Below are positions 7,032-15,655 of a stretch of DNA of 27,589 bases, piece by piece. A program made the position numbers and the translations under genes. Position 1 is the stretch's first letter; each line of letters starts with the position of its first letter. Origin of the DNA: a virus (taxonomy: Duplodnaviria > Caudoviricetes); the IMG/VR virus record IMGVR_UViG_3300037308_000286, positions 1 to 27,589 of that record, one strand, 5' to 3'. A model generated the notes under the pieces. That model saw only the letters and a program-made list of their open reading frames with translations, was not told where the DNA came from and ran no database searches.

Positions 7032-7612
7032 CCCCAGAAGTGTACGATAAATATAAAGAGTTCCTCACATGGTTTGGTGATCTTTACATGGCTACAAAGC
7101 CTCCATTGTGTAAAGCAGAACAAATCGAAACCTTGGTGGAAATTATTGAGCCAGGCGACGTTCTTATGAGAGGGTATAACTACTATTTGGACAGTTATTT
7201 TATCCCCGGTGAATATACCCACAGCGGGGTAGTAATTAATAAACGAGAGGTAATTCACTCTATCGCAGAAGGGGTACAATCTATCCATCCAATCGATTTT
7301 ATAAAGGATACAGACAGGTTTATCCTTCTTAGGCCAAGGTATGTGCCTAATTTAATTCACAACGTAGTGTCTCGGGCTATTTGGCATTGCGAAGCAAATA
7401 AAACACAATATGACTTTACTTTTAAAGAGGACGGGAAGTTTTATTGTCACGAATTTACAGCCGACTGTCTTGCGGCAGCAGGACTGATTGTTTCACAAAC
7501 TAGGAAGGTGTTTGGAGTGTGGCCTTTTAAGTTTGAAAGAGTATTATACTTAGCAGATAATTTTAGAGAAGTTTGTTTTGTCGTATATGAGTTTAATCCA
7601 GGAGGTGATTAA
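7028..7612 (+). CDS. Permuted papain-like amidase (YiiX/YebB-type NlpC/P60)
   Basis: PGDVLM, THSGVV (His first), YDFTF and FYCHEF (Cys last) give the permuted catalytic order; ATGA overlap at 7028. Confidence 0.85.
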   Translation: MTPEVYDKYKEFLTWFGDLYMATKPPLCKAEQIETLVEIIEPGDVLMRGYNYYLDSYFIPGEYTHSGVVINKREVIHSIAEGVQSIHPIDFIKDTDRFILLRPRYVPNLIHNVVSRAIWHCEANKTQYDFTFKEDGKFYCHEFTADCLAAAGLIVSQTRKVFGVWPFKFERVLYLADNFREVCFVVYEFNPGGD

Positions 7613-7613
7613 G

Positions 7614-7679
7614 ATGGTGAGGTTTAAATGCGGTGGTAAAGGTGGCGGGAAAGGTGGTCGAGGAAGGGGTCGTCGATAG
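7614..7679 (+). CDS. 21-aa Gly/Arg/Lys-rich micropeptide MVRFKCGGKGGGKGGRGRGRR
   Basis: AGGAGGTGA RBS; fills the gap exactly; its TAG overlaps the GTG start of terL. Confidence 0.55.
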   Translation: MVRFKCGGKGGGKGGRGRGRR

Positions 7680-9925
7680 TGGAGAGAGTTCGGCTCAACT
7701 ACTCTGTAAAGCCTGCAGCAAGTCCTCATGCAGAAGAGGCAAAGATCCAAGCTACACGTATTTTTTTTGAGAACTACAATTCTGAGGCAAAAGAGATTGT
7801 AAATAGGGGAGGGGCAGGTTCATCAAAATCGTATTCTCTCGCGCAGATGTTCTGCCAAAAATTACTAACTGAGAAGAATAAACGTATTTTGATTATCAGG
7901 AAGAGCTTGCCCTCTCTGAGGATTAGTGTGTACCAGACAATGAAAGAGGTGTTAGGTACATTTAAGGCTACAAAGTTGGTTAAAGAAGAGAAAGTAGGGA
8001 TGAACTGGTATTATGATACTAACTACATTCACTTCGGAAGCGTTGACGACCCAGAAAAGTTAAAGTGTTTTCATCCTGATACAGAACTGTTAACCAAAAC
8101 AGGTTTTAAAAATATTAAAGATGTAAAAGTTGGTGAGCTTATTGCATCTGTTGATCCTTGTACACGTAAATTAGAGTATAAACCTGTTTCAAATATTTAC
8201 AGTTATGATTATAAAGGAATGATGTACACAAATTCTCATTCAAAAACATCACCTAGATTTTGTGTTACTCCAGAACATAAACTTCTTATTTTAAATTCTA
8301 AAGGAAGATTAGAATTTGTTCAAGCTAAGGATTATAGAGGACAAAAATTTGCACGTCATATTTATCAAACCGAAAAAGGAATAATAATTGATAAATTTGA
8401 GGTGCCACATACAAATGGAAAAAAACCAACAATTTTTCCTATTGTACCTTTTCTTAAGTTTCTGGGGTGGTATCTTTCTGAGGGGTCTGCCGATAATAAA
8501 GGTACAATTACTATCGCTCAATCAAAAGTGGAAGGTAAAAGAGAGTTTTTAGAAGATACAAAAGATTTTCCAATCAAGTTTAATTATTGTAAATTTAGCA
8601 ATGCGTTTAAAGCTAGCAGTGTTGACCTAGCTCGTTATCTGTTGCAATTTGGAAAGAGCGGCAGTAAGTTTATTCCCAGAGAAATTTTAGATTTAGATAG
8701 TTCTTTATTAAAATTTCTTTTTGAAACACTTGTAAAAGGTGATGGAAGAGCTGTTTTATCTGTCTACGTAAAAAAGATTGTTTATACTACTATTTCTGAA
8801 AAGTTAAAAGATAATGTAATGGAATTAGCTTTTAAGTTAGGGTACGCAGTAGGTGCGACAAAATCTAAAACTCCTAAAGGAGAGCCTGTTTGGCAAATAA
8901 GATGTATTTATAATCGAGATGCGGGCAGTAAGCAAGTAAATAAAATAAAGTATAAAGGTCCTGTTTATTGTGTCGAAGTTCCGCCTTTTCATACGTTAGT
9001 GACACGATTCTCACAAGTCATTGAAATTACAGGGAATTCTTCGGATTGGAACTACATCTGGATGGAAGAGGCAACAGACTTTACTGAAGAAGAATTTAAA
9101 ATCATTCGGTTGAGGCTGAGAGCACCATCAATTGATGGGAAAAGGAATCAGGTGTTCCTTAGTTTTAACCCTATCGACGAATTTCATTGGATTAAGACCA
9201 ATTTAGTTGATGCTGCTCTTAGAGGGGAACGACAGGGAGTTCAGGAAATCGTTTCTACGTATCAGGACAATCCTTTCCTTCCTGAGGATTATGTTGAGGA
9301 GCTAAAACGGTTAGGTCTGCAGGATATTAACCACTACAGGATTTACACCCTAGGTGAATGGGGTAGGATGGAACATCTCATTTACACTAATTGGGATATT
9401 GTTCAATCCTTTCCTGAAGATTATCAAAAATTCAAAGTTGTTTATGGACTAGACTTTGGATTTAACGCTCCTTCCGCCCTTGTAAGGGTTTGGATGAAAG
9501 GAAATGAATGTTGGGAAGAACAGTTAATCTATAAGAAGGGATTAACAAACAAAGATCTTATCCAACAAATGGAGTTAGTTATCCCTCCAGAACACAAGAG
9601 GAGAGTACCAATTTATGCAGACTCTGCCCAGCCAGACAAAATTATAGAAATTCAAAATGCAGGGTTTAAAATGTGTAAGTTGGCACAAAAGAACATTTCT
9701 GATGGTATTGATGCGGTTAAAAGAATGAAATGTCATGTATTAGCATCCAGTGACGATCTCATTAAGGAAAAAAGAGCTTATAGTTACAGGGTAGACAAGA
9801 AAACTGGCAATTTAACGGATGATCCAATCGACTTTATGAATCACTTAATGGACGCCGAGAGGTATGCAATTCATACCTATCTCAAGGGGTCAAGGGAGGT
9901 AAAAATCTTATGGCTGGGACGTTAG
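7679..9925 (+). CDS. terL: Terminase large subunit, PBSX/XtmB type, intein-containing (about 424 aa after splicing)
   Basis: Walker A GGAGSSKS, DDPEKLK/S, Walker B WMEEA, SFNP, and nuclease motifs GLDFGF, ADSA, NHLMDAERYA. Confidence 0.95.
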   Translation: MERVRLNYSVKPAASPHAEEAKIQATRIFFENYNSEAKEIVNRGGAGSSKSYSLAQMFCQKLLTEKNKRILIIRKSLPSLRISVYQTMKEVLGTFKATKLVKEEKVGMNWYYDTNYIHFGSVDDPEKLKCFHPDTELLTKTGFKNIKDVKVGELIASVDPCTRKLEYKPVSNIYSYDYKGMMYTNSHSKTSPRFCVTPEHKLLILNSKGRLEFVQAKDYRGQKFARHIYQTEKGIIIDKFEVPHTNGKKPTIFPIVPFLKFLGWYLSEGSADNKGTITIAQSKVEGKREFLEDTKDFPIKFNYCKFSNAFKASSVDLARYLLQFGKSGSKFIPREILDLDSSLLKFLFETLVKGDGRAVLSVYVKKIVYTTISEKLKDNVMELAFKLGYAVGATKSKTPKGEPVWQIRCIYNRDAGSKQVNKIKYKGPVYCVEVPPFHTLVTRFSQVIEITGNSSDWNYIWMEEATDFTEEEFKIIRLRLRAPSIDGKRNQVFLSFNPIDEFHWIKTNLVDAALRGERQGVQEIVSTYQDNPFLPEDYVEELKRLGLQDINHYRIYTLGEWGRMEHLIYTNWDIVQSFPEDYQKFKVVYGLDFGFNAPSALVRVWMKGNECWEEQLIYKKGLTNKDLIQQMELVIPPEHKRRVPIYADSAQPDKIIEIQNAGFKMCKLAQKNISDGIDAVKRMKCHVLASSDDLIKEKRAYSYRVDKKTGNLTDDPIDFMNHLMDAERYAIHTYLKGSREVKILWLGR
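8066..9037 (+). mobile_element. Intein (324 aa) with LAGLIDADG/DOD homing endonuclease inside terL
   Basis: Block A CFHPDTELLT, block B VTPEHK, endonuclease blocks FLGWYLSEGS and LVKGDG, block F VYCVEV, terminal GN followed by Ser+1; visibly more AT-rich than the flanks. Confidence 0.95.
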
Positions 9926-11991
9926 ACAAACTCAAACAATCTGTGGCAAGAATCGTTTTTGGCGACACCCTTCCTACAAGGGAAGTTACTCAGGTTATCG
10001 AAGTAGAAAAGAAGGGAGCAGTTGGTCCTTTAAAGGACGACAAGTTTATTTGGATGCCCTTACGACTGATGATGGAGCAGGCTGATTCGGTTAATTACCC
10101 ATATAAAGAAAGTTTATGGGTGTACGCATCTATTAAGTGTATTGCCGAGAACATAGGAAGGCTTCCTTTCAGGCTTTTGTCTGGGGACGAAGCTGATGCG
10201 AACGTTCTCACTTCTGGTCCTTTGTATGATGTGTTCCTTAATCCTAACCCTTTTATGACCCAAGAACTACTGTTCCAAGCGACTATGATTTACTTAGGAC
10301 TCCGCGGGGAGTGTCACTGGTATCTTGACAGGGAAAATCCTTCAGCAGTGCCTAAAGAGATCTGGCCTTTGGACTCTGCAAGGATGGAACCGATTTGGTA
10401 TGAAAATAAGGATAAGCTGGTCAAGGCAATAGTTGGGTGGAAGTATAGGGTCGATGGAAACGAATCCATTACCTTTCCTATTCACGAAATTATTCATTTT
10501 AAGTACTTTAACCCATACGATCCAGTTCGGGGCATGTCCCCTCTTGAGGCCCTTCGTCTTGCTGTGGACACCAGTTACTATGCTGATGTGTATAATAAAA
10601 ACTTTTTCAAGAACGGGGTAAGCGTATCTGGGTTTTTAACATACCCCCCAGATGTTGACTTGGACGATGACCAGTATAAGAGATTGATAGATCAGTTAAA
10701 CGAAAGGCATGGGGGATATAGTAAATCCCATAAGATAATGATTGCGACTGGGGGAGCAACATTTACCCAAGCTAAATTATCTCAGCGTGATATGGAGTTT
10801 ATTAAGTTAAAAGAACTTAATATGACAGAGATATTTGGGGCGTATAAAGTCAACGCAGTTATTATGGGTATTTACAAAGACATTCAGTCCTACGAAGGAG
10901 TGAAAACAGCTCATAAAATGTTTTGGGAAGAATGTTTACTTCCAAAGGTGTCTTACATTGAAGGAGTACTTTGGAGTACTTTCTTTTCTAAATTAAGTAC
11001 TAAGGCGTGGGGAAAATTTGATTTAGCTAATGTTGAAGCACTTCACGATTCTTACCAAGGGAAGATTGAGACGGCGGAGAAAATGGTTAATATGGGATGG
11101 CCCCTTAATGCCGTAAACAAACGGCTTCAGTTAGGCATGCCTAACGTAGCGTGGGGGGATGTGTCGTGGATGCCTTACACGTTGATTCCTATTAGTGGTC
11201 CAGAACGCCCTGTTATCCCTTCCGATGTAGATGGAGATCCAAACAACGAACCACCTGCAGAAGAGCCGGATAAAGAAGAGCTGGATAAAGAAGATGAGAG
11301 CAAAAAGCTTCAGTGGTCTCGTTTTATAACACGACAAAGACCTGTTGAGGATTTATTTAAGAGTAAACTTAGCCGATTTATTTTTGAACAGCGAAAAACA
11401 GTTCTTAGTAACATCTATGCTAAATCAGAAACCTTATTGGATGTTCCTCAGGAATCAGAACGATTGGCTAAGATATTTTATTCTCTGTATCCTCTGTCCA
11501 TGCAGGCGGGAAGAGAGATGCTCCTTGAGGATTTAGGGATAAGTGAAGTGGAAGGAGTGGAGATTGAACTGGATATTTTAAATTATACAAAAATGAGGGG
11601 GTCACTTGTACCCTCTTTTATTGTCAGCACGATTGTGAGACAGTTACAGAAGGCTCTTGAGGGAAAAACGACTGTGGAAGAGCGTGCTTTACGTGTTAGA
11701 GAAGTGTATAACACAATTGGGAAAAGGGTAGCTATTATTGCGAGAACAGAATCCGGTGCATTAATTAATATGGGAAGGATTTTACAAATGTTTCGGCAAG
11801 GAGTAACGTATCACAGATGGATCAGCTCGAAGGAGGGGCACGGAAGATCTGCTCATAAGAAACTTGATGGAAAGGTTGTAAAGATTGGGAAGAGTTTCCT
11901 TCCTAACGAAACACTTCGATGGCCAGGTGATTTAAAAGCAAGTGCTTCTCAGGTCATTTCTTGTTTATGCTTTACCGTACCTGAGATATAG
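9910..11991 (+). CDS. HK97-like portal protein fused to a C-terminal Mu gpF / SPP1 gp7-like head morphogenesis domain
   Basis: Portal motifs VYASIKCIAENIGRLP, PNPFMT, EIIHFK, RGMSPL, NFFKNG, DMEF; acidic linker; then IARTES, RWIS..RSAH..LDG, LRWPGD and terminal CLC. Confidence 0.92.
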   Translation: MAGTLDKLKQSVARIVFGDTLPTREVTQVIEVEKKGAVGPLKDDKFIWMPLRLMMEQADSVNYPYKESLWVYASIKCIAENIGRLPFRLLSGDEADANVLTSGPLYDVFLNPNPFMTQELLFQATMIYLGLRGECHWYLDRENPSAVPKEIWPLDSARMEPIWYENKDKLVKAIVGWKYRVDGNESITFPIHEIIHFKYFNPYDPVRGMSPLEALRLAVDTSYYADVYNKNFFKNGVSVSGFLTYPPDVDLDDDQYKRLIDQLNERHGGYSKSHKIMIATGGATFTQAKLSQRDMEFIKLKELNMTEIFGAYKVNAVIMGIYKDIQSYEGVKTAHKMFWEECLLPKVSYIEGVLWSTFFSKLSTKAWGKFDLANVEALHDSYQGKIETAEKMVNMGWPLNAVNKRLQLGMPNVAWGDVSWMPYTLIPISGPERPVIPSDVDGDPNNEPPAEEPDKEELDKEDESKKLQWSRFITRQRPVEDLFKSKLSRFIFEQRKTVLSNIYAKSETLLDVPQESERLAKIFYSLYPLSMQAGREMLLEDLGISEVEGVEIELDILNYTKMRGSLVPSFIVSTIVRQLQKALEGKTTVEERALRVREVYNTIGKRVAIIARTESGALINMGRILQMFRQGVTYHRWISSKEGHGRSAHKKLDGKVVKIGKSFLPNETLRWPGDLKASASQVISCLCFTVPEI

Positions 11992-12035
11992 TAAGGAGTT
12001 GTAGACACCACTTTGAGGTAGTTTTATACTTTAAT

Positions 12036-12461
12036 ATGACAAAGGAAATCTTAGGAACCGCTTGTCTAGAAATAGGAGTAAAAGAAGTTATTGGGGAAGA
12101 AGATAACCCCAGGATTGTAGAGTATCATTCAGCAACATCATTAAAGGCTACGGATGATGAAACTCCGTGGTGTTCTGCGTTTGTTAATTGGGTTCTCAAG
12201 GAAGCAGGATTTCAGGGTACCGGTAATGCTATGGCACGTTCTTTTTTAAATTGGGGAAAATTTTTACCTTCCCCCCGACCCGGGTGTATTGTAGTATTAA
12301 AACGGGGAGAACCACCAAGTGGGCACGTCGGGTTTTATCTTGGCCAGAGTAGTAGTGGATTGTTCTACCTGCTTGGTGGAAATCAAAGTAATATGGTAAA
12401 AATTTCTCAGTACAAAGAAGAGGATGTTTTAGGTTATAGATGGCTACCAGATGGTAGGTGA
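12036..12461 (+). CDS. TIGR02594-family NlpC/P60/CHAP-like cell-wall hydrolase (candidate endolysin)
   Basis: DDETPWCSAFVNW, ARSFLNWG, PRPGCIVVLKRG, GHVGF and LGGNQSN motifs. Confidence 0.88.
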   Translation: MTKEILGTACLEIGVKEVIGEEDNPRIVEYHSATSLKATDDETPWCSAFVNWVLKEAGFQGTGNAMARSFLNWGKFLPSPRPGCIVVLKRGEPPSGHVGFYLGQSSSGLFYLLGGNQSNMVKISQYKEEDVLGYRWLPDGR

Positions 12462-12487
12462 GGAAAATATAAGAAAAGGAGGATATC

Positions 12488-12880
12488 ATGACTAAAGCAG
12501 TAAGATTTTCATTGGTTGTAATCCTACTGGTTTTTATGGTAGGATGCGCTCAGCAGACGTGGCAGGCAAAAGGAACGGCGGTTTACGTTGCAGCAGGTAA
12601 AACATTGAAGGCGGCAGACAGCACCTTCCAGGAATTAAAAGGCGCTGGCCTTATTTCCCCAGAAAAGATTACTAAATACAACGGGCTCTATAAGCAAGCA
12701 TACGATTCATATTGGCTGGCAGGGGACGCTTGGAAGATCTCTTTGAGAGCTGGGACATCTATTGAGCAGGATAAATACCTTGAGGCGTTCTACAAAAACT
12801 TCGGCGATTTTCAAAAATTTGTAAGTGACTTAGTTGTGATTGTAAATGGCACCGTAGCAAAACAAGGAGGTACGAAATGA
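12488..12880 (+). CDS. Putative lipoprotein, helical
   Basis: Basic N-terminus, hydrophobic core, lipobox MVGC; AAGGAGG RBS. Confidence 0.75.
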   Translation: MTKAVRFSLVVILLVFMVGCAQQTWQAKGTAVYVAAGKTLKAADSTFQELKGAGLISPEKITKYNGLYKQAYDSYWLAGDAWKISLRAGTSIEQDKYLEAFYKNFGDFQKFVSDLVVIVNGTVAKQGGTK

Positions 12881-13044
12881 CACCAGAATTAATTGCAACA
12901 TTAGCAGTAGTTGTTAGGATGGGCGTCCAGTTAGGAATTGATGTTTATAAACTCATTAAGGACTCTGGATTTAATGACAAAGATGTTGAAGAACTTTGTG
13001 CAATGGTGGACAAGGCACGGGAAGAACTCAGAAAACCTGAGTAG
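12877..13044 (+). CDS. Small hypothetical protein, 55 aa (MTPELIATLAVVVRMGVQLGIDVYKLIK...)
   Basis: Hand translation; AAGGAGGT RBS and ATGA overlap; amphipathic N-terminus. Confidence 0.75.
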   Translation: MTPELIATLAVVVRMGVQLGIDVYKLIKDSGFNDKDVEELCAMVDKAREELRKPE

Positions 13045-13054
13045 CGGAGGTTCT

Positions 13055-13312
13055 ATGAAAGCATTTACTCTTTGCCTAATTTTAGGAATCGTTTTTTGCG
13101 GGTGCTTGTTGGAGGCACAAGAATGCCAGAATCTAACGTATTCTCCACAGTATGCTTCTCAATGTATTGATGGATACATGTGGATGATGCGAGTAGAAAA
13201 AATTGAGAACTGTGTCGTTTATACCATTCCTGTTTCTCCGATGTATGACATGAAGTATGACCCGAGGTTGAGGACAAAAGTTATCGTTCTTATGCCTTGT
13301 GGTGAGAAATAA
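13055..13312 (+). CDS. Small Cys-rich exported protein or lipoprotein, 85 aa
   Basis: GGAGGT RBS supports ATG 13055 (MKAFTLCLILGIVFCGC); signal-peptide-like N-terminus. Confidence 0.7.
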   Translation: MKAFTLCLILGIVFCGCLLEAQECQNLTYSPQYASQCIDGYMWMMRVEKIENCVVYTIPVSPMYDMKYDPRLRTKVIVLMPCGEK

Positions 13313-13315
13313 TGA

Positions 13316-13564
13316 ATGGCCAGGTACCCCAAAGATCGCGAAATTTATTCTGGTGGCATAAGCGTGAATATTATAAATAAAAATGATTTGCCATTAGGAT
13401 TAAAACATCGGAAGACACACAAGCACCTTGAAGAGTTAAGCATTGATGAGGTACGAATTGGAGTTGAGAACCATAAATTTACGCATGAGGAGCTTGAGTA
13501 TCTTGTTGATGCTTTAGCAATGAAAATCTCTGTGTATCTCAGCAACAAATTTTATATGTATTAG
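13316..13564 (+). CDS. Hypothetical protein, 82 aa
   Basis: Fills the operon gap on the coding strand. Confidence 0.65.
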   Translation: MARYPKDREIYSGGISVNIINKNDLPLGLKHRKTHKHLEELSIDEVRIGVENHKFTHEELEYLVDALAMKISVYLSNKFYMY

Positions 13565-13573
13565 GAGGCAGGT

Positions 13574-13795
13574 ATGGCTGCAGGACAGATTAAATTTGCA
13601 TTTGATTCAGTAACATTGACTAAGATATGGAAGGGCCTTCTCTATGCAGCAATCCTTCCGTGTGTGATTGCTATTCTCCAGTATATTGGAACACTGGACT
13701 TTGGGAATGCAGCGGTCACAATGATTGTATCCTATCTTGTTCCTGTGATTATAAACATAATCAGGGAATGGATAAAAGGAGCGGAACCACAATGA
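13574..13795 (+). CDS. Small two-TM membrane protein, candidate holin
   Basis: AGGAGG RBS, two hydrophobic helices, charged C-terminus, near the cell-wall hydrolase. The holin role is inferred. Confidence 0.55.
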   Translation: MAAGQIKFAFDSVTLTKIWKGLLYAAILPCVIAILQYIGTLDFGNAAVTMIVSYLVPVIINIIREWIKGAEPQ

Positions 13796-14127
13796 AACTT
13801 TTAGGTATCGTTCTCTGCATTTGCTTGCTATTTTTTGTTTGGTCCTGTAAAACAGAAACGGTTACGATAACTGCAACGTGGACTCAGGAAATAACCGATC
13901 AATCAAATTTTGGTGGATGGGAAATCTACATGGCAACTTCAGAGAACGGTACCTATTCTAGAATTGCAAAAATTCCTTTTGTTCAGGTCAAGGATGTTTA
14001 TTCATATTTCCAAGAAGTAGATTTACCGGCGGATAAACCAACAATTCGATGGTTTAAAATGCTGGCGTATAACAAAACAGGTGAGAAAAGTGAGTTTAGT
14101 AATAAAGTAAAATTTATACATCCGTAG
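13792..14127 (+). CDS. Putative lipoprotein with FN3/Ig-like beta-sandwich, 111 aa
   Basis: ATGA overlap start MKLLGIV...VWSC lipobox; W...GWEIY...F...AYN..GEKSEFSN pattern typical of FN3-like domains. Confidence 0.7.
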   Translation: MKLLGIVLCICLLFFVWSCKTETVTITATWTQEITDQSNFGGWEIYMATSENGTYSRIAKIPFVQVKDVYSYFQEVDLPADKPTIRWFKMLAYNKTGEKSEFSNKVKFIHP

Positions 14128-14136
14128 GAGGGGATT

Positions 14137-14514
14137 ATGAAAAAATTAGCACTAGCATTTCTTTTTGTTTTTGCATTTTGTTGGTCTGCACAGGCTGCAG
14201 ATATAAGCACTACATTTGCATGGCAGCAGGAAACTCCTGCAGCTGTTATAAGTACCGACGTGTTTCGCGGTCCCACAGCTACCGGTCCATGGACAATGGT
14301 AAAGAATCAGCCGATGTATACACTGGGTGCAGGTGAGACAGAATGGAAAACTACCGCAGCCATAACCGTTGCAGATAATGCCCAGACAACCGTGTATTTT
14401 AAAGCACAGAATATTGGGGCGAATGGGTTGAGAAGTGTTGACTCAAATATTATAAGTAAGACGTACGATACCCGAGTTGCCCCGTCAGCACCGAGTAATT
14501 TTACGGTAAAATAA
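14137..14514 (+). CDS. Secreted FN3-like protein, 125 aa
   Basis: Sec signal MKKLALAFLFVFAFCWSAQA; YFKAQ..GANGLRS.DSN and PSAPSNFTV FN3-like pattern. Confidence 0.75.
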   Translation: MKKLALAFLFVFAFCWSAQAADISTTFAWQQETPAAVISTDVFRGPTATGPWTMVKNQPMYTLGAGETEWKTTAAITVADNAQTTVYFKAQNIGANGLRSVDSNIISKTYDTRVAPSAPSNFTVK

Positions 14515-14697
14515 ATGGTAACGGTTGAGATCAACAAAACTGAAGCATTTACTGCCTTTGTAGAAAAGACAATTCTTTTCGATGCTGTTTATGATAATAG
14601 GCAGTGGATGGAAGCATTTACTGCCTTTGTAGAAAAGACAATTCTTTTCGATGCTGTTTCCAATGGGCAGTGGGAAGAACTAGAAGTCGAAGAGTGA
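14515..14697 (+). CDS. Small acidic protein built from a 23-aa internal duplication
   Basis: EAFTAFVEKTILFDAV occurs twice; starts directly after the upstream stop. Confidence 0.45.
   Translation: MVTVEINKTEAFTAFVEKTILFDAVYDNRQWMEAFTAFVEKTILFDAVSNGQWEELEVEE
14542..14659. repeat. 49-bp exact direct repeat with a 69-bp period
   Basis: GAAGCATTTACTGCCTTTGTAGAAAAGACAATTCTTTTCGATGCTGTTT at 14542-14590 and 14611-14659. Confidence 0.95.
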
Positions 14698-14713
14698 TTC
14701 ACGAGGAGGGCGT

Positions 14714-15655
14714 ATGTCACTGGTTAGTATCGTTATCCCAACAAGAAGGGAACGATTTTTACAAAAAACAATCGACGACATTTTTGCAAAAGCACAAGGA
14801 AACATAGAACTAATCATTTCTCTGGATGGCTACTGGCCAGATCCCCCGCTTAAAGATAGAAAGAATATGGTAATACTCCATCGAGGTGAACAAACAGGGA
14901 TGCGGTCTGGAATTAATACTGCCTTACATATTGCACAAGGTGACTACTTTATGAAAATAGATGGTCACTGTATGCTAGATGAGGGATTTGATGTAAAACT
15001 GGTTGCTAACTGTGAGGAGGACTGGCTTGTAGTCCCCAGGAGATATTCTCTAGAACCTGAGGAGTGGGTTATTAAATCAGATAAACCCGCAGTAGACGCT
15101 CATTACCTATCTTGGCCGTACAGTCCTGGTTCCGAAACAATGAACTCTCCGGGGGGCTTACATGGAAATATTTGGAGAGAACGTGCTGCAGAAAGAAAAG
15201 ATATTCTCATAGATGATGAAATGTCATCCCAAGGCTCTTGTTGGTTTACTACTCGCAAACATTGGGAACGAATTCTCGATCCTATGGATATTTGGAATTA
15301 TGGAACATTCCGGCAGGAGTTCCAGGAGTTGGGGAATAAAACATGGCTGTCAGGAGGTCGGGTTGTAATTAATAAAACTACATGGTATGCACATCTCCAT
15401 AAAGGGAGAACATATGGATATGGCTATGGATTTACTAATGAAAGGTGGGCGCATTGGAAAAATGAGTCTGAGCTGGGGAGATTGTTTTGTATAGATTTTT
15501 GGATGAACAATCGTTGGGCAGATCGTACCCGAGACATAGAATGGTTAATCGACAAGTTCTGGCCTGTACCTGGGTGGCCTGAGAATTGGAAAACACTCCC
15601 TAAACCTACGTGGCCTGAGACGTGGCCCCAATTTAAAAAGGCGGTGTGGGGATGA
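14714..15655 (+). CDS. GT2-family glycosyltransferase
   Basis: VSIVIPTRRE, LDG, GMRSGIN, GDYFMKIDGH (DxH in place of DxD); paralog of the N-terminal half of 20510..22288. Confidence 0.88.
   Translation: MSLVSIVIPTRRERFLQKTIDDIFAKAQGNIELIISLDGYWPDPPLKDRKNMVILHRGEQTGMRSGINTALHIAQGDYFMKIDGHCMLDEGFDVKLVANCEEDWLVVPRRYSLEPEEWVIKSDKPAVDAHYLSWPYSPGSETMNSPGGLHGNIWRERAAERKDILIDDEMSSQGSCWFTTRKHWERILDPMDIWNYGTFRQEFQELGNKTWLSGGRVVINKTTWYAHLHKGRTYGYGYGFTNERWAHWKNESELGRLFCIDFWMNNRWADRTRDIEWLIDKFWPVPGWPENWKTLPKPTWPETWPQFKKAVWG

Noticed and set aside
14542-14680. Repeat pair as a DGR template/variable repeat
   Set aside because: The copies are adjacent and identical over the core, the differences are not adenine-specific, and there is no reverse transcriptase in the window.
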